NCBI GenBank assembly: GCA_018825985.1
Contig: JAHKAP010000047.1
Span: 2,719 to 66,718, forward strand
DNA from: Candidatus Omnitrophota bacterium
GTDB lineage: Bacteria; Omnitrophota; Gorgyraeia; Gygaellales; Profunditerraquicolaceae
DNA length: 64,000 nucleotides
Direction of reading: 5' to 3'
This document shows positions 1-9,748 of the stretch, in pieces. The notes beneath the pieces are model-generated. The model was not told where the DNA came from. It saw only the letters and a list, made by a program, of their open reading frames with translations, and made no database searches. The translations under genes and the position numbers were made by a program. The first letter of the stretch is position 1. Each line of letters opens with the position of its first letter.

Positions 1-1
1 C

Positions 2-544
2 TCAAACGGGTATATTAATGAAGAGCCTTTAAAACAACTATGCCTTTATCTTGACGCTGCCAATATTGACTTAAAGGGGTTTAGCGAGGAGTTCTACGCT
101 AAAGTGTGCTCTGGGAGCCTCGAGCCGGTTTTAAAAAGTTTGAAAATTCTAAAGAGCTCCGGCGTACACTTGGAGATTACTAATCTGTTGATCCCGGGCG
201 CAAACGACAGCCCGGAATTAATCAAGAGAATGTGTTTGTGGATAAAAGATAATTTAGGGGCGGATACGCCGCTGCATTTCTCCCGTTTTTATCCTTTGTA
301 TAAACTAAGCAGTCTTAGCCCTACTCCTTTGCAAGCCCTGGAAAGGGCAAGACAGATAGCAATAGATGCAGGGTTGAAATACGTATATATAGGAAATCTG
401 CCTGGACATCAGGCTGAGAATACCTATTGCCCGAAATGTAATAAGCTGGTTATCGGCCGCAGGGGGTATATCATAACTGAGAATAACCTGGAAAAAGGAA
501 GGTGTAAGTTCTGTGGAGAAAATATCCAAGGTATATGGCAATAA
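2..544 (+). CDS. amrS: AmmeMemoRadiSam system radical SAM enzyme, 3' part (5' end outside window)
   Basis: Frame is open from the window start (SNGYIN..LDAANIDLKGF); HLEITNLLIPG, PLHFSRFYP, YVYIGNL and C-terminal CPKC/CKFC; adjacent to Memo/AMMECR1 gene. Confidence 0.9.
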   Translation, partial: SNGYINEEPLKQLCLYLDAANIDLKGFSEEFYAKVCSGSLEPVLKSLKILKSSGVHLEITNLLIPGANDSPELIKRMCLWIKDNLGADTPLHFSRFYPLYKLSSLSPTPLQALERARQIAIDAGLKYVYIGNLPGHQAENTYCPKCNKLVIGRRGYIITENNLEKGRCKFCGENIQGIWQ

Positions 545-2099
545 TGCGAATTTTCATTGTGTACCACAGGGATTAATCCGGTTTTTTATTATTTTGGTTC
601 TATGCTTTGCGCTATGCCCTCTTAGATTATGGGCTGACGAGATTAAACAGCCGACTGCCGCCGGAAAATTTTACCCTGATAATCCTGAAGTTTTGTCCCG
701 GCAGGTAGATAAGTATCTTGCTGATGCCGATCCTGAAGGTATCGATGGTGAGATATTTGCTTTGGTTGTTCCTCATGCCGGCTATGATTTTTCCGGGCCT
801 GTCGCGGCGTATGCCTATAAGCTGATCCGGGGGAAGCCGTATAAAACAGTTATCATTATCGCAGGAAGCCATTACTATGGATTCAAAGGAGTTTCAATAT
901 ATCCAACCGGTTTTTTTAGGACACCCTTAGGGGATATTGAAATCGACAGGGATTTTATTTCTAAATTGCTGAACCTGGATCCGGAAATTTATTTTGATCC
1001 TCAGGCCTTTAGCCAAGAACATTCGCTGGAGGTCCAGATTCCTTTTTTACAAAGAAGCCTTACAGGCTGGAAGATCGTTCCAATTATTATGGGCGAGTGT
1101 ACTCTGCTTTCCTGTAAAAAGCTGGCCGGTTTGATCAAAGAGGCGATCGGCGCGCGGCGCGATGTTTTAGTGGTAGCTTCTACTGATATGTACCATGGAC
1201 ATGATTATCAGGAATGTCCGATAATGGACGGATTGACCAATTCTTTTTTGAATAATATGGATGACGAGGGGCTCTATTATGGCCTGCGGGAAGGTAAATT
1301 GCAGCTCTGCGGAGGGCTTCCGGCAGTAACAACTTTAATATTGGCCAAAAGCCTGGGGCATAAAGTTTCAAAACTTTTAAAATATACCAATTCCGCTGAA
1401 GTAACCGGAAATAAGATTAAAGGCATCTGGACAGTAGGCTATTCTAGTTGGGTAATCGATGCTCCGGCAGGGCAACGCATCGACCCTGAGCAAAGTCGGA
1501 TGGTCGGCCAAATCCACAATAAGGAGGATGCAGAGATGTTCAGTTTAAAACAAAAGAAAAAATTGCTGGAGCTCGCCCGCTCCTCAGTAGAGACTTATTT
1601 AAAAACCGGCAGGCGGCTGGAGGTTTATGAGACTGATCCGGAGTTGCTTAAACCAATGGGGGCGTTTGTGACCTTAAGCCAGAAAGGGGAATTGCGCGGT
1701 TGTATCGGTAACCTTATTGGAAGTCAGCCAATATATCTTACGATCAGGGATATGGCTGTGGAAGCTGCGGTGAGCGACCCGCGTTTTTTGCCGGTCAAGT
1801 TAGTTGATTTGGCAAAGATAGAAATCGAGATATCAGCGCTTTCTGCTATGGAAAGAGTAGATACCGCGGATAAGATAATTTTAGGGAAACACGGGGTATT
1901 GATAAAGCAGGGTTACAGGAGCGGCGTATTTCTACCTCAGGTAGCAACTGAAACCGGTTGGTCAAAGGAGGAATTTCTCTCTAATTTATGCTCCCATAAA
2001 GCGGGATTACCTGATGACGCCTGGAAGAAGAAGGGGGTAGAATTGTATATATTTACAGCCGAGGTATTTTCCGAAAAAGAATTACGAACTGCTGAGTAA
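513..2099 (+). CDS. amrB: AmmeMemoRadiSam protein B (MEMO1) fused to protein A (AMMECR1), with N-terminal hydrophobic segment; start uncertain
   Basis: AGKFYP, PHAGY, EHSLEVQIPFLQ and STDMYH (Memo), then GAFVTL, LRGCIG, DPRF and FLPQVA (AMMECR1). Confidence 0.9.
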   Translation: MEKISKVYGNNANFHCVPQGLIRFFIILVLCFALCPLRLWADEIKQPTAAGKFYPDNPEVLSRQVDKYLADADPEGIDGEIFALVVPHAGYDFSGPVAAYAYKLIRGKPYKTVIIIAGSHYYGFKGVSIYPTGFFRTPLGDIEIDRDFISKLLNLDPEIYFDPQAFSQEHSLEVQIPFLQRSLTGWKIVPIIMGECTLLSCKKLAGLIKEAIGARRDVLVVASTDMYHGHDYQECPIMDGLTNSFLNNMDDEGLYYGLREGKLQLCGGLPAVTTLILAKSLGHKVSKLLKYTNSAEVTGNKIKGIWTVGYSSWVIDAPAGQRIDPEQSRMVGQIHNKEDAEMFSLKQKKKLLELARSSVETYLKTGRRLEVYETDPELLKPMGAFVTLSQKGELRGCIGNLIGSQPIYLTIRDMAVEAAVSDPRFLPVKLVDLAKIEIEISALSAMERVDTADKIILGKHGVLIKQGYRSGVFLPQVATETGWSKEEFLSNLCSHKAGLPDDAWKKKGVELYIFTAEVFSEKELRTAE

Positions 2100-2103
2100 A
2101 TAA

Positions 2104-2186
2104 TTACGCGGATATACACGGATCAAATAACGGATATACGCGGATAGTCCGTGAAAATCCGTAAGTAAATCCGCGATAATCTGTGT
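2104..2186. repeat. Intergenic mirror array: 4x (A)CGGAT then 4x ATCCG-like
   Basis: acgcggat/acacggat/aacggat/acgcggat followed by gtccgtg/atccgta/atccgcg/atctgtg. Confidence 0.75.
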
Positions 2187-2208
2187 GAACTATTAATTAA
2201 TAAATTAT

Positions 2209-2874
2209 ATGAATAATCAGTTGGTTTTAAACATGTTTTTAACCGGTTTATTGTTTGGGGCAGGCCCCTGCATGGCCAGCTGTGGCCCTATTCTGATTAC
2301 TTATATTTCCGGAACCAAAAAAAATATCGCTAAGGCGATGATAAGTTATGTATTATTTTCTTTAGCCAGGATATTGGTTTATCTGGGGTTGAGTCTGGCT
2401 ATATATTTTATTGGAGCTTTAAGCGTTGAAAAATTAAGCGGTAATTATTCCTGGCTGGTATATAAAGCAGGAGGCAGCTTCATCGTTATGATCGGCTTGT
2501 TTATGGTTTTGGGCAAGAGAATTGTATATCTGCCATTTTTAAAAGGCCTTGAGCGCAGGCTCCTGGAAAATGATAAAAAAAGTGTTTTTATATTAGGTCT
2601 GATAATCGGATTGTTGCCGTGCGCTCCGTTATTAGCGGTGTTTTCTTATATAGCGCTGATAGCTTCGTCAAGCCATGAGAGTTTAGCTTATAGCTTTTTT
2701 TTTGGAATAGGCACATCCTTATCTCCTTTAATTTTATTAGTGGCAGCCAGCGGGGCATTATCCGGTTTTATCCGTAAAAAAGGAGAAATTTATCGACGAG
2801 GATTTAGTCTTGTCTGCGGATTGATAATTATTTTTTTAGGGATAAAATTAATATTAAGAGGAATTAATGTTTAG
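2209..2874 (+). CDS. DsbD_2 / cytochrome c biogenesis-type membrane protein
   Basis: GPCMASCGP and GLLPCAPL motifs, about 6 hydrophobic helices. Confidence 0.75.
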   Translation: MNNQLVLNMFLTGLLFGAGPCMASCGPILITYISGTKKNIAKAMISYVLFSLARILVYLGLSLAIYFIGALSVEKLSGNYSWLVYKAGGSFIVMIGLFMVLGKRIVYLPFLKGLERRLLENDKKSVFILGLIIGLLPCAPLLAVFSYIALIASSSHESLAYSFFFGIGTSLSPLILLVAASGALSGFIRKKGEIYRRGFSLVCGLIIIFLGIKLILRGINV

Positions 2875-3601
2875 GATATATTGTTTGAGCGGAGATATCT
2901 CAGGGGATGAAATTACGTTTACTGATACGCAACAGATCCATCATTTAAGAGATGTTTTAAGGATTAAAAGCGATGAGGAGATCATTGTCTGTGACGAGAA
3001 AGGGGATGAATATATTACAGCGATCGATAGTTTTAAGTCCGCCAAGATGGTTTTAAGGATTAAAAAGAGGAGTGGGTTTGTTACGGATAATAAACCCAAG
3101 ATCACCGTCGCCTGCGCCATCCCTAAGAGATCCAATATGGATGAAATCATTGATAAATTAACTCAGCTTGGTGTATACCGTATAATTCCTTTGCAAACTG
3201 AAAGAGTTATCGTTAGAATCGGGCAGGATAAAAAGATATCCCGCCAGAAACGTTGGAGTAAGATTGCCTTAAATGCCAGCCAGCAAAGCCAGAGAAAGAT
3301 CCTGCCGGTAGTTGATCCGGTCAGGGATATAAAGGAGTTATTAGCTGAATTAGATGAATTTGACCTTAGGCTTATACCTACTCTTGAAGGGGAACGAATA
3401 ACTATTAAGGAAATTTTAAAAAAAGGAAAACCGGAAAGCATTATTGTTTTTATTGGGCCGGAAGGTGATTTTACCCCGGAGGAAGTGGAAATGGCAAAAA
3501 AAGCGCTCTGTATTCCGGTAACTCTGGGGGATTTGGTTTTGAGGGTAGAAACTGCGGCTATCGCGGTTGCCGGATTCTTGAGGTTTTATGAAGAGGCCTA
3601 A
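2867..3601 (+). CDS. rsmE: 16S rRNA m3U1498 methyltransferase
   Basis: HHLRDVLR, KLTQLGV, IGPEGDFT and LRVETAA motifs. Confidence 0.95.
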   Translation: MFRIYCLSGDISGDEITFTDTQQIHHLRDVLRIKSDEEIIVCDEKGDEYITAIDSFKSAKMVLRIKKRSGFVTDNKPKITVACAIPKRSNMDEIIDKLTQLGVYRIIPLQTERVIVRIGQDKKISRQKRWSKIALNASQQSQRKILPVVDPVRDIKELLAELDEFDLRLIPTLEGERITIKEILKKGKPESIIVFIGPEGDFTPEEVEMAKKALCIPVTLGDLVLRVETAAIAVAGFLRFYEEA

Positions 3602-4907
3602 TCCTTCGACTGTGCTTAGAGGTAAAGGTGAGCGTAGCCGAAACTTTAAGCTTATTACCTTAGGATGCAAGGTAAATCAATATGAAACTCAGGTAATCCG
3701 CGAAAATCTTATTAAGGCCGGATTCAGGGAATTCAAAGATAAGCCTCCCGCCGATATCTACGTTATTAATACCTGCACAGTTACTCATAAGGCTGATAAG
3801 GAATCGCTTTATTATATTAATCGTTCATACCGTGAAAACCCCAAAGCTAAAATTATAGTTACCGGATGCCTGGCTGAACTGGATAAAAAAGTTATCTCTG
3901 GCCTGAAAGGCAATAGCCAAATTGTTAAAAATAAAGATAAATATAGGATAGCCGGTTTGCTAAAAGGCAAAGGTTTTAATAATGAATCGGGCATAACCGG
4001 TTTTTATAAACATACCCGGGCCTTCCTGAAGATCCAGGATGGCTGTGATAATTTTTGCTCTTATTGCAAGGTGCCGCTGGTCAGGGGGCCTTCCCGCAGC
4101 CGGCCATTAAATGAGATTGTAAATGAAGCAAAGGCATTGGCTAAAAATGGGTTTAAAGAAATTGTTTTAACCGGGATATGCTTAGGGTCGTATGGTAAAG
4201 ACCTAAGTATGGGTAAAGGTAGGGGCATAGATTTGGTTAGGGTAATTGAAGAGCTGGAAAAAATAAGGCGCTTAATGCGGATTCGTTTAAGTTCTATTGA
4301 GGCCGGCGACGTAACGGACGAACTAATCGCCGGGATGGCAAAATCTAAGAAACTATGCCGGCATTTGCATATACCTATTCAAAGTGGAGATGATAATATC
4401 CTAAAGGCTATGAACCGTAAATATTCCCATCAGGATTACCTGGGCCTGATCAGAAAGATTAAAAAGACTATTCCCGATATTGCTGTTACTACCGATTGCC
4501 TGGTAGGTTTTCCCGGTGAAAAAGAAGACAATTTCCGGAATACCGCTGATTTGGTAAGAAAAATAATGCCGCTTAAAGTGCATATATTTCCATACAGTGA
4601 AAGAAAAGGAACCTTAGCTTATGATTTTAAAGATAAGACCCCATCCGCTGCTCTAAGGGATAGGATGATTTATCTTGAAACAATAGCCAATAAATGTGCC
4701 TTAGAATTCCAAAGAAAATTCATAAATAAGAAAATGGATGTCTTGATTGAAGGGATTATTAAGGACAATCCGGGGTTTTGGCAGGGATATACCGGTAATT
4801 ATCTTAAAGTCATGGTTAAATCTCCCAAGGATATCAAAAACCGTGTTTTATCAGTTAGATTAAAAGAGATTAGCCGGGGTTATTTTGTGGCTAAGATTAT
4901 GGATTAG
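3588..4907 (+). CDS. mtaB: tRNA t6A37 methylthiotransferase
   Basis: TLGCKVNQYET, NTCTVT, radical SAM CDNFCSYC, HIFPYSERKGT; follows rsmE. Confidence 0.93.
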   Translation: MKRPNPSTVLRGKGERSRNFKLITLGCKVNQYETQVIRENLIKAGFREFKDKPPADIYVINTCTVTHKADKESLYYINRSYRENPKAKIIVTGCLAELDKKVISGLKGNSQIVKNKDKYRIAGLLKGKGFNNESGITGFYKHTRAFLKIQDGCDNFCSYCKVPLVRGPSRSRPLNEIVNEAKALAKNGFKEIVLTGICLGSYGKDLSMGKGRGIDLVRVIEELEKIRRLMRIRLSSIEAGDVTDELIAGMAKSKKLCRHLHIPIQSGDDNILKAMNRKYSHQDYLGLIRKIKKTIPDIAVTTDCLVGFPGEKEDNFRNTADLVRKIMPLKVHIFPYSERKGTLAYDFKDKTPSAALRDRMIYLETIANKCALEFQRKFINKKMDVLIEGIIKDNPGFWQGYTGNYLKVMVKSPKDIKNRVLSVRLKEISRGYFVAKIMD

Positions 4908-4924
4908 TATGGAAAGAAAAAAAC

Positions 4925-5693
4925 GGGGTCAGAATTATTTTTAGTTAGATTTTACCTCCCGACACGTCTATTAATATTAGAAGGGAGGATCTTATGGCCA
5001 GAAGACCGCGTTTATTTGTATCCGATGTACCCTATCACGTTGTTCAGCGAGGCAATAATAAAATTCCTATTTTTTTAGCCGATCAAGATTACCGCATCTT
5101 TTTGGATACGCTCCAAGAAGCCAAAACCAAACACCCTTGTTTTATTTACAGCTATTGCCTGATGCCTAACCATTTCCATTTACTTATTGAACCTAAAGAA
5201 GATAATAATGTCAGTTTATTAATAAAGTTATTGGGAGCCAAATATGTGCGGTATATCAATAAAAACTATGAACGTTCAGGCACTCTTTGGGAAGGTCGTT
5301 TTAAATGCTCATTGATTGATAAGGAATTATATTTTTTAACCTGTCTTCGTTATATTGAAATGAATCCAGTAAGGGCTGGCATAGTCAATTCTCCAGAACT
5401 ATATCGGTGGTCGAGTTATCGGGTTAGGGCAGTTGGTGAAAGAAGTTTTATTGTAGACATGGATCATTGGTATGATAATCTGGGTTCTAATGCAGAAGAA
5501 CGTCAAAATAAATATCGACAATTCTTCCAAAATTCAATATCTGATTCCGCTTTGCAACTTCTACGAGAAATGACTAATAAGAATGGTATCGTAGGCAGCG
5601 TAAACTTTAAAACGCGAGTAGAACAATTTGTCCACAGAGAGATTGTTATAAGGTCTGCTGGCAGGCCGAAGAACGAAAAATAATTCTGACCCC
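4925..5693 (+). mobile_element. RAYT element: transposase gene bracketed by 18-bp inverted repeats (family A)
   Basis: GGGGTCAGAATTATTTTT at 4925-4942 and AAAAATAATTCTGACCCC at 5676-5693; the gene's TAA stop lies inside the right arm. Confidence 0.85.
4994..5683 (+). CDS. rayT: REP-associated tyrosine transposase (Y1_Tnp, HUH)
   Basis: YHVVQRGNN, YCLMPNHFHLL (HUH), LWEGRFK, YIEMNPVRAG and YRWSSY; SD GGGAGG. Confidence 0.88.
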   Translation: MARRPRLFVSDVPYHVVQRGNNKIPIFLADQDYRIFLDTLQEAKTKHPCFIYSYCLMPNHFHLLIEPKEDNNVSLLIKLLGAKYVRYINKNYERSGTLWEGRFKCSLIDKELYFLTCLRYIEMNPVRAGIVNSPELYRWSSYRVRAVGERSFIVDMDHWYDNLGSNAEERQNKYRQFFQNSISDSALQLLREMTNKNGIVGSVNFKTRVEQFVHREIVIRSAGRPKNEK

Positions 5694-5705
5694 ATTAATA
5701 TTAAT

Positions 5706-5741
5706 AAGAAAGCCCTGACAAAATTTTGTCAGGGCTTTCTT
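5706..5741. terminator. Bidirectional intrinsic terminator between convergent genes
   Basis: Perfect palindrome AAGAAAGCCCTGACAAAATTTTGTCAGGGCTTTCTT. Confidence 0.75.
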
Positions 5742-5758
5742 TGTTAAAAGTTCTTAAA

Positions 5759-6721
5759 TTATTCAATGATATTTTTGGCAATACTCAGCATAGACGCCGG
5801 CACTTTTATATCCGATGCTTTAGCTATAGCATTATTAATGGTAATATCATACTGTTTTAATAGCTCGATTGGAAGCTCTGCCGGACTCTTGCCGTTTAAG
5901 ATCTGGATTGCTTTTTTAGTGGATAATTGCCCTAACATATAGGAACTGGAGGATACACATAATAGGACCCCCTGTTTTGCCCTATCGGCCATGTGCGCAA
6001 CAGTCATAATTTTATTATTTTTTGCCACAGTTGTGATATCCGTAAGCGCTTTAGTAACAGTTGTGCCTCCGGTTATAAATATAGCGTCAACTTTTCCTAT
6101 CAGGGAGTTAGCTACGGCAGTTCCATCTTCTGCTTTTGCAAGATTTGCCGCTATAACAGTGATTTTGCTTGTTTCTTGGATTTTCTGGAGCGCCGCTAAT
6201 TGTTGTGTTGTATTAGCTTCTCCTTCCGTGTAGATAACGCCAAGACGGACAACCTTGGTTATTTTTCTCATGGCGTTGATGATTGCAGCCATGTCTACCA
6301 TGGTAGAGGTGCCGGTTGTATTATTTCCTGATGATCCCCAATCCTTGGCAATCTTTGAGCTGATCGGGTCAAATACGAGACTAAACACAACAGGTATATT
6401 TTTTTCTGCCTGGCTCGCAACTATGGCTGCCGGGGTCCCTACCGCGATAATAAGGTTAACTTTATTAGCCTGGAATTCATTTACAATAGCCAGCATTTTA
6501 TCTTTATTATTCTCGGCAAACTGGATGTTAAAATCTACCTTGTCTTTCCCGTATCCTGATTTTTCAAATTGATCAAGTATCCCTTTTTGAGTATCCAGGT
6601 AATGCGAGGCATTCGAAGTGAGGACTATTCCGATTTTAATTTTTTCCTGCGCCAAAGCGATAGAACAAAGGCCAAGGCATATTGCCAAAACAACAACCAC
6701 GACTATTCCTTGCTTAAGCAT
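5759..6721 (-). CDS. ABC-type substrate-binding protein (ABC_sub_bind family), no transporter nearby
   Basis: Signal peptide; LIIAVGTPAA, IPVVFSLVFDP, NNTTGTS and GKSPAELPIE. Confidence 0.85.
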   Translation of the reverse strand: MLKQGIVVVVVLAICLGLCSIALAQEKIKIGIVLTSNASHYLDTQKGILDQFEKSGYGKDKVDFNIQFAENNKDKMLAIVNEFQANKVNLIIAVGTPAAIVASQAEKNIPVVFSLVFDPISSKIAKDWGSSGNNTTGTSTMVDMAAIINAMRKITKVVRLGVIYTEGEANTTQQLAALQKIQETSKITVIAANLAKAEDGTAVANSLIGKVDAIFITGGTTVTKALTDITTVAKNNKIMTVAHMADRAKQGVLLCVSSSSYMLGQLSTKKAIQILNGKSPAELPIELLKQYDITINNAIAKASDIKVPASMLSIAKNIIE

Positions 6722-6822
6722 GTTTCCCTCCCTTTTAATAAATTACTTTTTCTAAACCCGTATATATGATAATATAAACAATTGATAAGTCAAGTATTTT
6801 TAAAACGTTAGAATATTTTTTG

Positions 6823-6850
6823 TTGACAAGTTGCTGCGTAAAGTTATAAT
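6823..6850 (+). promoter_or_regulatory. Sigma-70 promoter
   Basis: TTGACA-16 bp-TATAAT upstream of 6974. Confidence 0.65.
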
Positions 6851-6973
6851 AATGACAATTGGAATAAAAATGATTAGAAAATTAAAAAAGTAAGGTTGTG
6901 TACTCTGGTAAGATAAGGCCTTTTAGTTGAATAACTATCCTGCGGCAGGCAGGATACAATAAAGGAGCGAGAA

Positions 6974-7582
6974 ATGAAAAAGTCTCGGTGGGCTGGTTTA
7001 ATGCTATGTTGCGCTTTGTTATTAACCGCGGTGTTAGATGTATGTTATGCTCAAGCCAAAAAAGAACTAACCCCGGCAGGACAGGCTTTATTTGACAAGG
7101 AAGTGGCTACAGTGCAGTCCTGGGGAAAAGACCCTAAGATAGTTTCTTATGTCAAGGCCAAGAATGCCTCCGGGGAAACCTTAGACCAGGTTAAAGAAAG
7201 AGATAAAGCATGGATCACCACCTCCGGAATAGACGCATTCATGAAAGGCATATTGGATAATGATTGCTCTAAGTATTTGCTGGAGTTAAGAAAGTCAACC
7301 CCAGCGGTTGGAGAGTTTTTTCTTATGGATATAAACGGGGCAATAGTAGGCGAGACTAATAAAACCTCCGATTATTGGCAAGGCGATGAGGATAAGCATA
7401 TTAAGACCTGCCAGGTTGGCGGCTCGGGCGCTACCTTTATTGATAAAAGCAAATATGACGAAAGCTCCCAGAAATTTTCCCGGCAGGTGAGTGTCCCGGT
7501 TATTGATCCTGATACAGGTAAGGTAATAGGCGCGATAACGGTTGGCGTTGACCTGGATAAGTTGATCCGGCTTTCTCAATAA
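6974..7582 (+). CDS. Secreted stand-alone Cache/PDC sensor-domain protein
   Basis: Signal peptide; [17 protein letters not shown] and [18 protein letters not shown]. Confidence 0.75.
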   Translation: MKKSRWAGLMLCCALLLTAVLDVCYAQAKKELTPAGQALFDKEVATVQSWGKDPKIVSYVKAKNASGETLDQVKERDKAWITTSGIDAFMKGILDNDCSKYLLELRKSTPAVGEFFLMDINGAIVGETNKTSDYWQGDEDKHIKTCQVGGSGATFIDKSKYDESSQKFSRQVSVPVIDPDTGKVIGAITVGVDLDKLIRLSQ

Positions 7583-7598
7583 AGACGATTTAAGGAGG

Positions 7599-9653
7599 AT
7601 GGTAATGGCGGTAGAAGCAGTTAAGATCAAGATGTCTGATAGCTTGCGTTGTAGGTTAATCTTATATTTTGTACTTATTACTTTTATCCCCTTGGTTATT
7701 TTGAGCGTCATTGCTTATAATATTACAAAATCAAGGCTGCAATCTCAGATTGCCGGTTCTCTGGAAGTTGTGGCTACGGAGACATTAGACAAAGTAGACC
7801 GCTTTATCTATCAGCAGACATCAGATGTCAAGTCCTGGAGTAAAAATCCGATTTTAAAAGGAGCTCTTTTTTTTGGAACCGCGGATGTAGCGGATACATT
7901 TTTCAGAACTATCCTTGATTCATACAGGGAATTCCAGGCGTTGGCGCTATTTGAACGTAACGGAGATCAGATTATATCTAAAGGTGAATGTGTGTTATAT
8001 GAAAAAGGCCAGAATCAATCCCGGGCTAACTGGTTTAAGGCAGCTATAGCCGCAAAAGGCAGTTTTTATATTACTGAGGTAAAGAAATCCAAAGATAAAG
8101 TGCGTTTAGGGATTTCTGTCGCAGTTGTGGATTCCGAGACCGGAGAGGTCAGCGGAGTGTTGTTTGCAGAATTAAATTTTCTTACTATCAGGGAGATCAT
8201 TGCTCCGGTTCAGGTAACCGCAAATATTAAAGACCAGTCTATCAGTATCATTAATAAAGATGGGTTGATTATATTTGATCTTAATCAAGATGTCATATTT
8301 GAAAAGAATTTGATCAAGGATAATTTCCTGAGCGCCAAGCGGGTGCTCTCAGCCAAGGATAACGGGTACGTAGTTGATCTTAATAGCGGGCGGCTTACAG
8401 GGTATGCTTTCAGTAAGGGTTATAAGGAATTTAAGGGAGAGATGTGGAGCCTTTTATTAGGGGTACAGAATAAGGCTATTCTTGCCCCGGTATTACGCCT
8501 GCGCCAGGTTTTCATGTTAATTATTTTTATAACGTTGATCGTAGTTACTATTATTTCCATATTCATCAGTCACAAGATCACCAGTCCTATTATTATTGTT
8601 ACTAACGCTATTCTTGATATTGCTGAAAGAGAGGCCGATTTAACCCATAAAATTAATTATACTTCTAAAGATGAAATAGGGATGTTAGTGGTAGCGTTTA
8701 ATAAGATTATAGATTCAATTCATAATGTGATTAAGCAGGTTAAAAATACGGCAAACACGGTAGTTGATTCGTCACAGAATATGTCCGCGACCACCCAGGA
8801 GATGAATGCGTCTACTCAGGAAGTATCTGCTGCGATTTTACAAGTGAGTAAGGGCGCCAGTTCTCAGGCAGATCATTTGGCCAGAACTTTTGAAATTATA
8901 GAAAAGTTAGCGGCAAGCCTGCGCCAGGTAGTGGCCAATGCTCAATTAGCTAACCAGACCGCTGACAAGACGAGCCTTGGAACTGAAGAGGCATTTATTT
9001 TTGCTGGTGAGGCGGTGGAGAAAATCGAGATATTAAATAATTCGGTTAATGTGGCTAAAGATGTTATCCAGGAATTAGGCGAAACATCTCAACAAATAGG
9101 CGCAATTACCGAAACAATTACTTCTATCGCAGACCAGATTAATCTTTTGGCTCTGAATGCCGCTATTGAGGCTGCCAGGGCTGGCGAGGCTGGCCGGGGT
9201 TTTGCTGTTGTCGCCGAAGAGGTGCGTAAGTTAGCCGAGGGGTCTGCCGATGCAGTGCGTAAAATTAGCGGGTATATACGTTCGATCCAGAGCGGAACCG
9301 CGAAAGCAGTCAGCGCTATACTCACAAGCTCCAAGGCAGTTCAGGAGGGTAAAGCCAAGGTAGCGAAGATCTCCGAGAACCTGCGGGATATCAATACAGC
9401 TATTAAAGAAGCCGCTGTTTTAATAAACCAGATTGCTGTTGCTGGAACTGAACGCGTAGAAGAGACAGAGAAGATAGTTAGGGCGATTAATGAGGTAGCT
9501 GCCATTGCTAAGCAGTCTGCCGACACTGCCCAGCAGGTATCTTCGACCAGTGAAGAGCAGACTGCGTCGATGCAGGAAGTATCTGCTTCTTCTCAGGAGC
9601 TTTCTCGCTTGGCAATGGATTTAAGAGATGTAGTTAATAGGTTTAAGATTTAG
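7599..9653 (+). CDS. Methyl-accepting chemotaxis protein (TM-dCache-TM-HAMP-MCP signal)
   Basis: [38 protein letters not shown]; two TM helices; HAMP DEIG. Confidence 0.93.
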   Translation: MVMAVEAVKIKMSDSLRCRLILYFVLITFIPLVILSVIAYNITKSRLQSQIAGSLEVVATETLDKVDRFIYQQTSDVKSWSKNPILKGALFFGTADVADTFFRTILDSYREFQALALFERNGDQIISKGECVLYEKGQNQSRANWFKAAIAAKGSFYITEVKKSKDKVRLGISVAVVDSETGEVSGVLFAELNFLTIREIIAPVQVTANIKDQSISIINKDGLIIFDLNQDVIFEKNLIKDNFLSAKRVLSAKDNGYVVDLNSGRLTGYAFSKGYKEFKGEMWSLLLGVQNKAILAPVLRLRQVFMLIIFITLIVVTIISIFISHKITSPIIIVTNAILDIAEREADLTHKINYTSKDEIGMLVVAFNKIIDSIHNVIKQVKNTANTVVDSSQNMSATTQEMNASTQEVSAAILQVSKGASSQADHLARTFEIIEKLAASLRQVVANAQLANQTADKTSLGTEEAFIFAGEAVEKIEILNNSVNVAKDVIQELGETSQQIGAITETITSIADQINLLALNAAIEAARAGEAGRGFAVVAEEVRKLAEGSADAVRKISGYIRSIQSGTAKAVSAILTSSKAVQEGKAKVAKISENLRDINTAIKEAAVLINQIAVAGTERVEETEKIVRAINEVAAIAKQSADTAQQVSSTSEEQTASMQEVSASSQELSRLAMDLRDVVNRFKI

Positions 9654-9676
9654 GTTAATAAGTAATTTCAAAATAG

Positions 9677-9744
9677 GAAAATAGGGACAGCGACTATTTT
9701 TTTAAATATAGTATGTGAAAAAAATAGTCGCTGTCCCTATTTTC
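9677..9744. repeat. Palindromic element family B, copy 1
   Basis: GAAAATAGGGACAGCGACTATTTTTTT..AAAAAAATAGTCGCTGTCCCTATTTTC; second copy at 40155. Confidence 0.85.
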
Positions 9745-9748
9745 TTGA

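Noticed and set aside
4994-5683. IS200/IS605 TnpA with TnpB
   Set aside because: No tnpB neighbour; length and the QRGNN, NPVRAG and WSSY motifs fit RAYT-type proteins
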